Shown in pieces: positions 35,900 through 45,573 of a stretch of DNA of 64,000 bases. This DNA is from Rhodothermaceae bacterium Tc-Br11_B2g6_7. GTDB taxonomy: Bacteria; Bacteroidota; Rhodothermia; Rhodothermales; Salinibacteraceae. Under the pieces are notes generated by a model. It was given only the letters and a program-made list of their open reading frames with translations. It was not told where the DNA came from and searched no databases. The position numbers and the translations under genes are program-made. How positions within the stretch are numbered: position 1 is the first letter of the stretch; the number at the start of each line of letters is the position of its first letter. Where the stretch lies: contig LKNB01000011.1 in assembly GCA_001564055.1 (NCBI GenBank), positions 1,135 to 65,134 of the forward strand, written 5' to 3'.

Positions 35900-38800
35900 C
35901 TACGCCCCTTGCACCGCGGTACCCGGCGATTCGCCGCCCCGGAGCCGGGCGATCCGGGCGCCGACCCAGGCTTTGGCGCGGTGAGCGCTGATGTAGATCA
36001 TCGGGATGAGCAGCAGGGTGATGAGCGTAGACGCGGCGAGGCCCCCGATCACGGTACGGGCCAGCGGCGCCTGAATTTCACCGCCCGCGCCCCAGCCCAT
36101 GGCCAGCGGCAGCAGGGCCAGGATGGTGGTGGCGGTCGTCATCAAGATGGGCCGCAAGCGCAGGCGTCCGGCCTCCACCACAGCGTCAACCAGCTCCATC
36201 CCGCGCTCGCGCCGCATCAGGTTGATGTAGTCGACCAGCACGATGGCGTTGTTCACCACAATACCGATCAGCATAATGAGCCCCATGAAGCTCTGGATGT
36301 TGAACGTGGTGCCGGTCAGGTACAGCATCGGCACCACACCCACGAGGGCCAGGGGGACGGAGAACATCACGATGAGTGGATCCAGGAAGCGCTCAAACTG
36401 GCCGGCCATCACCATGTAGATGAGCGCAAGGGCCATCAGGATAGCGATCAGGAAGTCACGTTGGGCGCGCTGTTGCTCCTCGTACTCTCCGCCAAAGACG
36501 ATAGTGAAGTCGCTCGGGAGGGTCAGGTCGCTGAGCTCCGCCCGCACCTGATTGACCGCGTCGTTGAGCGCCAATCCGCTGGCCAGGTTCGCCGAGATGT
36601 ACGTCACGCGCTGGCTGTTCACGCGGTTGATGCGGTCGGGGCCGCGCTGCCGCTGCTGTGAGGCAATGGCTGAGAGGGGCACGGTCTCCCCCTCGGGGGT
36701 ACGAATCACGATGTCGTCGACGTCCTGGGTGGCCCGGCGGTCTTCGGGCTGCAGGCGTACGCGGATGGTGTATTCGTCGCCGCCCTCCCGGAAGGAGCCC
36801 GCTTGCCCGCCGCCGAGGCTTAGCTGCACCGCGCGGCCTACGTCTTGAATGGAGAGGCCCAACTGCGCGATCCGCTCCCGGTCCAGCCGGATGACCTGCT
36901 CGGGCTGCCCTTCATCTTCTTCGCCGCCGATGCGGACGTCCTCAATACCGTCCACGCGTTGCATGCGCTGCCGGATCTGCTGGGCTACGCGCAGCGCCTC
37001 ATCCTGGTCGTGCCCCAGCAACTGGAGCTGCACCGCTTCGTCGCCGCCACCGCCGCTAAAGAGGCGGCGTAGCACCCACAGGCCGGCCTGGGCGCGCACC
37101 CGGATTTCCGCGCCGGGGATGGCGCCCGTAACGACCTCGCGGATGTCGTCGGCCAGCTGTTCGCTGGATATCGTGCGGTCCTCCGGGTTGGGCATGGCAA
37201 TATCAATGCGGGCCCGGCCACGCCAGATCTCCGTAGCCATGTTGTCGATCGCATCCCGCGGCACTACCTCTGATACAATGGCCTCCAGCTCCTGCAGGTA
37301 GTCGGCCACTACGGCCAGATTGGTGCCATCGTCCATACGCAGGTCGACGCGCACTTCATTGGAATCCGTGGAGGGCGCCAGCTCCACCGGCACGTACGGC
37401 CAGAGCACAACGGCCCCGATCACAAGCAGCGTAGCCACCCCAAAAATGCTAAATCGCCGCTGTACGGCACCGCGCACATTCCCTGCATACCATCGCTCAA
37501 ATCGGTCAAACTTCCGGCGGAAGCGTCCGGCCCGGGTATCCTCGCTCGGCACGCCTTTCGCCGTCGTCAGGAACTGACTCGAAAGCATGGGCACCAGGGT
37601 CAGGGCTACCAACAGCGAGCACACCAGCGAGAAGACCACCACCAGCGCGAGCGCCAGGAAGAGCAGGCTCGTGGTGCCCTCCATAAAGACGACCGGCAGA
37701 AAGATCACCGAGGTGGTCAGCGTGGAGGCCACGATAGCCCCAGCGACCTCCTTCGTACCAATAGACGCTGCTTCATCCAGGTCGGACTCTTTCTCCTCGC
37801 GGTGTCGAATAATATTTTCGAGGACGACGATCGCGTTGTCTACGATAAGCCCGATCCCAAGGGCCAGTCCTCCAAACGTCATCATGTTAAGCGACAGGTC
37901 GCTGAAGTACAGCAGCGCGAACGTCGCAATGAGAGAGATGGGGATGGAGAGCGCGATGATAAACGTCGTAGACCCATTGCGCAGGAAGAAATAGAGCACA
38001 AAGATGGCCAAGAGGGAGCCCCAGACGGCCGCGCTTTGCACGTTGTCGATCGACTGCTGGATGAAGGTGCTCTGGTCTGAGATAACCGTCAGGTTGACGT
38101 CATTACGATCGGCGTTGATGCGGTCCAGTTCGGCGCGCACGTTGCGCGAGACGGCGACCGTGTTGGCGCCCGACTGCTTGCGCACGCGAAATTGCACCAC
38201 GGGCGTGCCGTCCACCTCGGTCAAGCGGCCCACGTTCTCGTAATCGCTGCGGACGTTCGCCACGTCACGCACACGAACGGGCCGCCCATCAACCCGTGTG
38301 ATGACCGCATCGGCTACCTGGTCGATGGACTCATACTCGCCGAGGGCGCGCACGTACAGGTCCTTCAGGCCGTCCTTCACGTTGCCGCCGGGGGCAATCG
38401 CGTTCTCCCGGGCGATGGCCTCCTGCACGTCCTGTGGGGTGAGCCCGGCCGAACGGAGGCGATCCCGCTTGATGTCCACGTGAATCTCCCGGTAGATCCC
38501 GCCACGCACTTCGATGGTGCCCACCCCATCGACCTGCTCCAGGCGCCGCACGATGTCGCGCTCGATGATCTGCGTGAGCGTTTCGAGATCCCGCGTAGAA
38601 CTGGCTGCGATCGAGAGAATCGAGATATCGTCTGGGTCAAACTTCCAGATACGCGGCTCGTCAGCTTCTTCGGGAAGGGAGCCTCGAATCCGTTCCAGAG
38701 CATCGCGGACATCGTTAGCCGCTTCGGCGAGGTCGACCCCCTGGGCGAACTCCAACCGTACGCGGCTGCTACCTTCGCTGGAGCGGGACGTCACGCGTGT

Positions 38801-39034
38801 CACCCCGGGCACACCCGCGACTCCGTTCTCGACGGGCCGGGTGATGAGTTGCTCCATCTCCTCCGGTCCTACATTGGCGTAGGACGTACCGATGGAGAGC
38901 TGCGGATACTCAACAGAGGGCAGCAGATCAACCGGAAGAAAGCGAAACGCAACGACCCCGATGGTGATGACGATCAGGTAGAACATGGCCGTCGCAACCG
39001 GACGGCGAATGGAGAGGTCGGAGATCGAAGCCAT
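35900..39034 (-). CDS. RND efflux pump inner-membrane permease (AcrB/HAE1-like)
   Basis: 1044 aa. 12-TM ACR_tran architecture. N terminus SIRRPVATAMFYLIVITIGVVAF. Two large periplasmic loops. Confidence 0.95.
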   Translation of the reverse strand: MASISDLSIRRPVATAMFYLIVITIGVVAFRFLPVDLLPSVEYPQLSIGTSYANVGPEEMEQLITRPVENGVAGVPGVTRVTSRSSEGSSRVRLEFAQGVDLAEAANDVRDALERIRGSLPEEADEPRIWKFDPDDISILSIAASSTRDLETLTQIIERDIVRRLEQVDGVGTIEVRGGIYREIHVDIKRDRLRSAGLTPQDVQEAIARENAIAPGGNVKDGLKDLYVRALGEYESIDQVADAVITRVDGRPVRVRDVANVRSDYENVGRLTEVDGTPVVQFRVRKQSGANTVAVSRNVRAELDRINADRNDVNLTVISDQSTFIQQSIDNVQSAAVWGSLLAIFVLYFFLRNGSTTFIIALSIPISLIATFALLYFSDLSLNMMTFGGLALGIGLIVDNAIVVLENIIRHREEKESDLDEAASIGTKEVAGAIVASTLTTSVIFLPVVFMEGTTSLLFLALALVVVFSLVCSLLVALTLVPMLSSQFLTTAKGVPSEDTRAGRFRRKFDRFERWYAGNVRGAVQRRFSIFGVATLLVIGAVVLWPYVPVELAPSTDSNEVRVDLRMDDGTNLAVVADYLQELEAIVSEVVPRDAIDNMATEIWRGRARIDIAMPNPEDRTISSEQLADDIREVVTGAIPGAEIRVRAQAGLWVLRRLFSGGGGDEAVQLQLLGHDQDEALRVAQQIRQRMQRVDGIEDVRIGGEEDEGQPEQVIRLDRERIAQLGLSIQDVGRAVQLSLGGGQAGSFREGGDEYTIRVRLQPEDRRATQDVDDIVIRTPEGETVPLSAIASQQRQRGPDRINRVNSQRVTYISANLASGLALNDAVNQVRAELSDLTLPSDFTIVFGGEYEEQQRAQRDFLIAILMALALIYMVMAGQFERFLDPLIVMFSVPLALVGVVPMLYLTGTTFNIQSFMGLIMLIGIVVNNAIVLVDYINLMRRERGMELVDAVVEAGRLRLRPILMTTATTILALLPLAMGWGAGGEIQAPLARTVIGGLAASTLITLLLIPMIYISAHRAKAWVGARIARLRGGESPGTAVQGA

Positions 39035-39097
39035 GTCTGCGTGGAGCGAAGACGAGAAGGAGGGCGAGGGCGGTGGCTGCGGCGTGTGCGGCTTGTG

Positions 39098-40450
39098 CTA
39101 TGCGTCGGAGTCGTCGCTGGAGGTCGTGGACGTGTCCTGGGCCGCACGTTCGGCTTCGGCCATGCGCTGCTGCCGTTCCATGAAATTGAGCAGCATGTCA
39201 CGCTCGTCCAGTTCCTGCAGTCCAAGGACGCGCTCCCAGGAGAGGGCGCGGGTGCGGGCATCAATCGATTCATCCAGGTTCATGCTGATGAGATCGTGCC
39301 CGAGCGCTACCACCCAGGCGTTCTGTCCGATGCCACGGATCCCAGTTGAGGAGCGACCCTTCGCAATGACATCCACCTCACGGAAAGTAATGGGCGTGGG
39401 TTCGGTAAGCTCCGTCGGGAAGCCATCGCGCGGCTCATCCGGCTCCACCTCGGTGCCCAGCGAGGTGGCCACGAACACGCCCATCACACCGGTGCCGGGG
39501 TCTTCGTAGAGGGCGCTGTTGGGGATGAGGGTGGCCTGTTCCGATTCGCCATAGAGCACCGCTACATTCACGAACATCCCCGGGCGCAGCAGATTGCCTT
39601 GGTTGGGAATGTCGATTTCGGCATCGGTGCTGAAGCTGTTCTCGTCCAGAAAAGGCGAGATGCGTGAGACCTGAGCGGTGATGGTGGTGTCGGGGAGCAT
39701 CTCGGAGGTGATCTGGGCGGTCTGCCCTTCGCGGATACGGCCAAGCATGGATTCGCTAAGGCTCACACGCACGCGGACGGACGAGAGGTCGCCCACGTCG
39801 AACAGGCGAGAGGACCCGTCCACGCGTTGCCCGATTTCTACGTCCCGGCGCCCAACGCGTCCGGTGACGGGAGAACGCACGACCGTCTGGGTGAGGTCGT
39901 CTTGACGCTCAGAGAGGGTGGACTCGGCCTGCTCCACCTGCGCCTCGGCAGCGGCGACGTCCGCTTCAGCGCCTTCCACCTGAGCCTGCAGCGTCTCTAA
40001 CTCCTGGCGCGAGGTAAACTCGCGATCGGCCAGCTGCTCCACTCGATTTAGCTCCGACTGCAGCTCCAGAAGCCGGGCGCGCGCCTGGCGGGCCTGGGCG
40101 CGCTGAATGTTGACGTTGGCCTCGGCCTGCCGCACCTGCTCGCGGTACGAGCGGTCGCGGAGGCGCACCAGCGGCTGGCCCCGCTCCACAAAATCTCCAC
40201 TCTCGGCCATCACGTCTTCCACGCGAGCGGTGATCTCGGGGTAGATGCTTACCTGGTTGCGTGCCCGCACCGTACCACTTAGGCGCTGCTCCAGCGGCAG
40301 GCTACCCAGCTGTGCCTGCACCACCTCTACCGAGGGGGTGGGCGCACTGCCCCGGTTTTGCCAGTTGCCCCCACTGTTTTCGTCAGATGAACCACAGGCG
40401 GTAAGCCCCACAGCCAGCAACAGGACAAGCGTAAATCGAAAACAGGGCAT
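39098..40450 (-). CDS. RND efflux periplasmic adaptor (MFP/HlyD family) lipoprotein with an acidic C-terminal tail
   Basis: Lipobox LAVGLTAC. Coiled-coil hairpin (AEADVAAAEAQVEQAES). Barrel-sandwich and beta-barrel segments. ATG 40450 preferred over 40519. Confidence 0.85.
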   Translation of the reverse strand: MPCFRFTLVLLLAVGLTACGSSDENSGGNWQNRGSAPTPSVEVVQAQLGSLPLEQRLSGTVRARNQVSIYPEITARVEDVMAESGDFVERGQPLVRLRDRSYREQVRQAEANVNIQRAQARQARARLLELQSELNRVEQLADREFTSRQELETLQAQVEGAEADVAAAEAQVEQAESTLSERQDDLTQTVVRSPVTGRVGRRDVEIGQRVDGSSRLFDVGDLSSVRVRVSLSESMLGRIREGQTAQITSEMLPDTTITAQVSRISPFLDENSFSTDAEIDIPNQGNLLRPGMFVNVAVLYGESEQATLIPNSALYEDPGTGVMGVFVATSLGTEVEPDEPRDGFPTELTEPTPITFREVDVIAKGRSSTGIRGIGQNAWVVALGHDLISMNLDESIDARTRALSWERVLGLQELDERDMLLNFMERQQRMAEAERAAQDTSTTSSDDSDA

Positions 40451-40549
40451 AGAGGATAGTAGTGGAGCGGGCGGGTGAACTATGCTGGTGCTGGTAAACT
40501 GATTTATATGTTTAAACAACTGTCAGGGACATAGAGGGGTTTTATGCGG

Positions 40550-40587
40550 GGTGTTACTATCTCATAATGGTGTTACTATCTCATAAT
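40550..40587. promoter_or_regulatory. perfect 19-bp tandem direct repeat (GGTGTTACTATCTCATAAT x2) in the AT-rich region upstream of the MFP-RND operon
   Basis: Read directly: 40550-40568 equals 40569-40587. It lies 100-137 nt upstream of the MFP start codon and downstream of the rqcH stop. Confidence 0.5.
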
Positions 40588-40669
40588 AACGTCACAACAT
40601 AGGATTTAGTATGAACCGCTGGTCGCGACGCTTTGGTCCTGCTGATAGCGGTACGGAAGGGGCACGGCA

Positions 40670-42328
40670 TCAGGGCGTATCCGGTAGCCCCGGTTCCACG
40701 AGCAGCACCTCCTCGTGCTCAACAAACACCTGCCCCGGCGTGCCTCCGCTGGGCTTGCGAACATGCTTACGCTCGGTCATCATCACGGGCACGAGGCTGC
40801 TGCCGCGCGCTTTGCTGTAGTAGGCGGCAATGGCGGCAGCGCGATACAGCGTGCGTTTGTCGGGCGTGGCCTTCCGGCCGGGCATGCGGAGCACCGTGTG
40901 CGAGCCTGGGACGCCGCGGGCATGCATCCAGCGGTCGTACTTTTGCGCGTGGCGAAACGTGAGTTCATCGTTCTGCCGGGCGTTGCGGCCCACCCACACC
41001 TCATAGCCGCCTCCCAGGTCAAACCGCCGAAAGGGCACGCGGTCGATGTCGTCCCCGCTGTTGCCGAGGTAGCGCGCCAGTGCGCGCTCGTGGGTTTTCC
41101 GAAACGCCTTGATGTCGTCCAGCCAGTCGACCTCCTCGTGCAGCTTATCAAGGAGTGCCTTGGCTTCCTGCGCCTGCTCCTCGGTGGAGAGCAGCCGCTT
41201 TTCGGCCTCCTCGCGGGAGCGCCGGGTGCGCCGGGCGCGGTCGTAATAATGCTCGGCGTTTTCGATGGCGCTCTTGGCCGGGTCGAGCGGGATGGTGATA
41301 GGGGTGCCCTCCTCGAAGAGATTGGGAAGGGTGACTTCCTCCGCTCCTCGGGGTACGTCTTGCGGCGCGGCCATCAGGAGGTGCCCCCACGTCTCGTAGC
41401 GGCCGGCCCGGCTTTCGTTGGACAACTCCTCCAGCATCCGGTCGGCGCTGGTGCGCTGGTGCTCGTACGTCTCGCGGAGGGCCTTCTCGACAGGCTCGTA
41501 GAGGCGTCGAAAGTGACGCTGGGCCAGCGTGCGGCGGACGAACGTGTGGACCGCCGCATCGACCGTCTCGAATGCCTCCACCGTAAGGTCTTCGCGCACA
41601 TGATGCAGGGGCACAAGGGCGAGCGTGTCAACGAAGCGGCCGTCGCTGTACACGTGGGGCGTTGGATGCCGGAGCGCTGTGCGGAGCGCCTGCCCGGCAG
41701 CAAAAAGGGCATCGCGGTCGGCCGCCGTGCAGTCCTCCGGCGCCTCCGTCGTAACGCCGGCCCGGTGCATCACCTCCTGGCCCAGCGTGCGGTCGAAGAG
41801 GGGGAAGGCTGAGGCGAGGGCGCGGTCGGTGGTTTTTCGGTTGGTTCGCCAGCGGTCCTCGAAGGCTTCCCGCGTGTCGGGCATCGGGGCGGGACGCGGC
41901 GTGGGGGCTTCGGTGCCCCGCAGGGCATCGCCCGAGCGGAAGGCTTCCACGATGAGCCCCGCGTCGTCAACCAGCAGCACATTCGCCTTCGACCCAAACA
42001 GCAGCAGCTGAAACGACCAGCCGCCCGCAAGGTCAATAAACAGCATGCGATCCCGCGTGGCGATACGGACATCCGTCACAGCACGGTCGAAGGCATCCGC
42101 GAAGAGCGTGGCCACGTTGCTTCGCTTTTTGCTATATCCGGCGGTGCGAAAGAGGTAGAGGAAAGGCCGGGTGCAAGAGGCCCGCAGCATCCATTCCTGC
42201 TCGGGATGGGCGAAGGCGAGCGTAATCTCGTCACGCGTTTGCGAAAAGGCATCCCCGACGGTGCAGCCCACCAGGTCAGCGCGCCACTCGTGCGCCAGGG
42301 CACGCAGCGTGTAAAAGTTGTTGACCAT
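40670..42328 (-). CDS. rqcH: RqcH / NFACT-family (FbpA-like) ribosome quality control protein
   Basis: NFACT-N region with the DR motif (ATRDRMLFIDL). Coiled-coil middle. NFACT-R/DUF814 block GGYEVWVGRNARQNDELTFRHAQKYDRWMHARGVPGSHTVL. ATG 42328 chosen. Confidence 0.8.
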   Translation of the reverse strand: MVNNFYTLRALAHEWRADLVGCTVGDAFSQTRDEITLAFAHPEQEWMLRASCTRPFLYLFRTAGYSKKRSNVATLFADAFDRAVTDVRIATRDRMLFIDLAGGWSFQLLLFGSKANVLLVDDAGLIVEAFRSGDALRGTEAPTPRPAPMPDTREAFEDRWRTNRKTTDRALASAFPLFDRTLGQEVMHRAGVTTEAPEDCTAADRDALFAAGQALRTALRHPTPHVYSDGRFVDTLALVPLHHVREDLTVEAFETVDAAVHTFVRRTLAQRHFRRLYEPVEKALRETYEHQRTSADRMLEELSNESRAGRYETWGHLLMAAPQDVPRGAEEVTLPNLFEEGTPITIPLDPAKSAIENAEHYYDRARRTRRSREEAEKRLLSTEEQAQEAKALLDKLHEEVDWLDDIKAFRKTHERALARYLGNSGDDIDRVPFRRFDLGGGYEVWVGRNARQNDELTFRHAQKYDRWMHARGVPGSHTVLRMPGRKATPDKRTLYRAAAIAAYYSKARGSSLVPVMMTERKHVRKPSGGTPGQVFVEHEEVLLVEPGLPDTP

Positions 42329-42405
42329 GGCAGGGATCGGCAGACGCGCAAAACAACGAATGCGCTGTACCGCCACCGGAAAGCGGGCGTTCCACCACGA
42401 TAGGG

Positions 42406-42762
42406 TTAAGCGGGCACCGCTGTGCGGACGCGAACCGCCTCAGACAACCCCCAGATTCCGATCCACCCTGCGGCCAGGAACCAGAAGCCACCCGCGAGTA
42501 GGGCAACAGCGTTTACAGCATAAAAGACGCGGTAGACGGTAGGCGAAACGCTATCATCCTGCAGGTTCATCTGCCGCAGCGTACGCGCACTGGCCAGCGC
42601 CCCAGCCTTCAGCAGTAGCATCAGCACTGTGTACACCGCCAGCACCCACCACAGCCCAGTGACGGGCCCTGTCAGGCCGAACATATTTGCGTTCATCGCA
42701 ACCATCCCAAGCACCACCAGCATCACGATAAGGTCGATGGCGATATTTTTCAGCACGTGCAT
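42406..42762 (-). CDS. hypothetical small membrane protein (about 4 TM helices)
   Basis: Hydrophobic 118-aa product from ATG 42762. No family recognised. Confidence 0.4.
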   Translation of the reverse strand: MHVLKNIAIDLIVMLVVLGMVAMNANMFGLTGPVTGLWWVLAVYTVLMLLLKAGALASARTLRQMNLQDDSVSPTVYRVFYAVNAVALLAGGFWFLAAGWIGIWGLSEAVRVRTAVPA

Positions 42763-43061
42763 GTGGACCAAAGGGAAAAGGTGTAGGGAGCACAGGGTAC
42801 CTCTTGTATCGGTTGCGAGAACCGCAAGATAAGACCCGCCCCTCGCCCACACCCAATACACACCCTCATGGGATCTATACGAAAAGCCAAGCGTGAAAAG
42901 CGGCTGATACGATGCAAAAAATGATGTAACGATAGCCAGTCGCTGCCGTACCGTGCATGTGGTTACGTGAGGCGTTACCCCTTCTGCCCCACACGCTGCC
43001 CGGCCGCTGCCTTCTGCACCGGTTTCCGCATTCCTATTCCACCTGGTCTTCTCCCATACCC

Positions 43062-45455
43062 ATGCGTAGATATTTACTCTTTGCTCTGCTCCTTTGCTTT
43101 TCGGGCACGTACGTCGCCCAGGCCCAGTCTATGGCCGATGGTAGTCTGATGTCCGAGCGCGAGGGGTTTGCCCGCGCGCTGGCGGTTGATAACGACCTCC
43201 TCTATGTCGGCGAGTCCGAGCACCTGCACGTGCCCGGGTTGGTTTACGTCTTCCACAAGCACGACGGCGAATGGGCCGAGATGGGCCGCATTGCCGCGGA
43301 AGATGAAGAGGTCGGGACCAAGTTTGGCTCGGCGCTCGCGGTAGCGGGCGACCGGGTGCTGGTCGGCGCTCCGCAGGCTGAGCCGTTCGGCGCAGCGTAC
43401 CTGTTTGAGCGCACGGACGACGATACGTGGGCCGAAGTGGCGAAGATGACGCCGTCCGACACGACGCAGGCCTTTGGCAGCAGCGTGGCGCTCGGGGACG
43501 GCTGGCTGTACGTGGGCGCGAGCCAGGAAGCCGATGCCGCCGGACGCGTGTACGCGTATCAAGCCGTTGATGAAGAATGGACGCTGCGCGAATCCATCCA
43601 GGCAGGCGATATTGAGGCGGGCGACCAGTTTGGAACGCGCATCGCAGCGGCAGGCCATCATCTCGTGGTCAGCGCCCCGCAGAAGGATCGCGGAGCCGTC
43701 TATGCCTACCGCTTCGATGCAGAAGCGGATGCCTGGACGGACCTTGGCGCGCTGAACGTGCGTGGCGTAGATGACGGGGCCCGGATGGGTTCGGCCCTGC
43801 ACCTGCACGACGGACAACTCCTGGTAGGAGCCCCTCGCCATGGCGCCACCGGAGCCGTGGTGACGTTTGCCTTCGATGCGGATAACGATTCCTGGGACGC
43901 CGGCAGCGTGCTGCAGCCGTTTGATGGCAGCAGCCCGCAGCAGTTCGGCACCGCGGTAGCCTACGACGGCCAGAGCCTCTGGGCGGGTGCGCCGGCCGCC
44001 GAGCGCCGGCAGGGCTTCCTCTACCAGTTTACCCGTGACGCCGATAGCGGCGCCTGGAGTGGCGCGCGCAAGCACACCTCGCCCGAAGCTGAGGGCCGTC
44101 CCATGTTTGGCGCCACCCTCGCCGCGGCCCCTGGCCTGATGGTCGCGGGCCTGCCGGGCACCACCGCCGGTGCGGGCAGCGCAGCCATCTTTGAGCAGGA
44201 AGAGGATACCTGGAACGTCGCCACCATGCTGGAAGGCGATCCCGACATCGGGCTGCCGGCCATCACGGGGGAGCAGCACAACTGTGAAGACGGCCGCATC
44301 GCCCAGTTCGATTGCTCCAACGTCGATCTGCTTTCCTTCCTCCCGATTCGCCACATTGGCGGCGAGCGCACCACCAACACGAACGACGTGTGGGGCTGGA
44401 CGGACGAAGAGGAAGGCCGCGAAATCGCGCTTGTTGGCCGCACCGACGGGCTGGCCTTCGTGGACGTCACCGATGCCCTTAACCCCAAGTACCTGGGCGA
44501 GCTGCCTATGACGGACGGCGCCCGCTCCAGCTCCTGGCGCGACACTAAGGTGTTTGGCAACTACTCCATCACGGTCTCGGATAACGCCGGCGAGCACGGC
44601 ATGCAGATCTTTGACCTGACGCAGCTGCGCGACCGTTATGATGCCGATGATGATCCCGTCAGCTTTGAAGCGACGGTGCTCTATGACCGCATCAACAGCG
44701 CGCACAACGTAGAACTGAATGAGGAAACCGGCTTTGCGTACATCGTGGGCGCCAGTGGTGGCGGCGAAACGTGTGGCGGCGGGCTGCACATGGTCGACAT
44801 CAACGACCCGCTGAATCCGGAATTCAGGGGCTGTTTTGCCGATGAGCGCACCGGCCGCAGCGGCACGGGCTACATCCACGACGTCCAGTGCGTCATCTAC
44901 AACGGCCCGGACGAGCGCTACCAGGGGCAGGAAATCTGCTTCGGCGCCAACGAAACGGCTATTAGCGTAGCCGACGTCACGGATAAGGATAACCCGGTGG
45001 CGCTTTCCATCGGTACGTACCCCAACTACGGTTACGTGCATCAGGGCTGGCTCGATGAAGACATGCGCTACTTCTACGTGAACGATGAGCTGGACGAGCT
45101 CAACGGGCTGGTAGACAACACGCGCACCCTGATCTGGGATATGCAAGATCTGGAAGATCCGCAGCTGGTGGAAGAGTACTTCCACGACACCACAGCATCC
45201 ACCCACAACATCTACATCAAGGGCAACCTGATGTACCAGTCCAACTACCGGGCCGGGTTGCACGTGCTGGACATCTCCGATCGGGAGAATCCGGTGGAAG
45301 TCGGCCGGTTCGATACGGCGCCGTTCCAGTCCGGCCCGGGCTTCTCGGGCTCCTGGAGCAATTATCCGTACTTCGAGAGCGGCACGATCCTCGTCAATAG
45401 CATTGGCGAAGGCATCTTCATGGTGCGTCCGCGCGCCGATGCCCCAGCTCTGTAG
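43062..45455 (+). CDS. secreted two-propeller protein: N-terminal FG-GAP-like repeats plus C-terminal LVIVD / choice-of-anchor-B domain
   Basis: Signal peptide MRRYLLFALLLCFSGTYVAQA. At least 6 repeats of the FGsalAvaGd.LlVGAP...GavY.F type. C-terminal AHNVELNE..GFAYIVG..GGLHMVDINDPLNPEF and THNIYIKGNLMYQSNYRAGLHVLDISDRENPVEV (LVIVD repeats). Confidence 0.8.
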   Translation: MRRYLLFALLLCFSGTYVAQAQSMADGSLMSEREGFARALAVDNDLLYVGESEHLHVPGLVYVFHKHDGEWAEMGRIAAEDEEVGTKFGSALAVAGDRVLVGAPQAEPFGAAYLFERTDDDTWAEVAKMTPSDTTQAFGSSVALGDGWLYVGASQEADAAGRVYAYQAVDEEWTLRESIQAGDIEAGDQFGTRIAAAGHHLVVSAPQKDRGAVYAYRFDAEADAWTDLGALNVRGVDDGARMGSALHLHDGQLLVGAPRHGATGAVVTFAFDADNDSWDAGSVLQPFDGSSPQQFGTAVAYDGQSLWAGAPAAERRQGFLYQFTRDADSGAWSGARKHTSPEAEGRPMFGATLAAAPGLMVAGLPGTTAGAGSAAIFEQEEDTWNVATMLEGDPDIGLPAITGEQHNCEDGRIAQFDCSNVDLLSFLPIRHIGGERTTNTNDVWGWTDEEEGREIALVGRTDGLAFVDVTDALNPKYLGELPMTDGARSSSWRDTKVFGNYSITVSDNAGEHGMQIFDLTQLRDRYDADDDPVSFEATVLYDRINSAHNVELNEETGFAYIVGASGGGETCGGGLHMVDINDPLNPEFRGCFADERTGRSGTGYIHDVQCVIYNGPDERYQGQEICFGANETAISVADVTDKDNPVALSIGTYPNYGYVHQGWLDEDMRYFYVNDELDELNGLVDNTRTLIWDMQDLEDPQLVEEYFHDTTASTHNIYIKGNLMYQSNYRAGLHVLDISDRENPVEVGRFDTAPFQSGPGFSGSWSNYPYFESGTILVNSIGEGIFMVRPRADAPAL

Positions 45456-45510
45456 TTCGGACTACCCGTAGGGCTCGGCTTCACAGCCGCGCACGTTTCT
45501 TGCGTTATCA

Positions 45511-45550
45511 ACACGGGGCGGGGCTTCCCAGCCTCCCCCGTGTTTTCGTT
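45511..45550 (+). terminator. Rho-independent terminator after the LVIVD gene
   Basis: ACACGGGG(C)GGGGC - TTCCCA - GCCTCCCCCGTGT gives a stem of about 13 bp with one bulge, followed by TTTTCGTT. It lies 56 nt after the stop. Confidence 0.65.
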
Positions 45551-45573
45551 GTGCCCTTCCCGCCGTACCTCTG

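Noticed and set aside
43074-45263. 729-aa minus-strand ORF antisense to the LVIVD propeller gene
   Set aside because: Composition is dominated by Arg/Ala/Gly/Val/His, with no domains. The plus-strand product has a signal peptide and clear repeat families.
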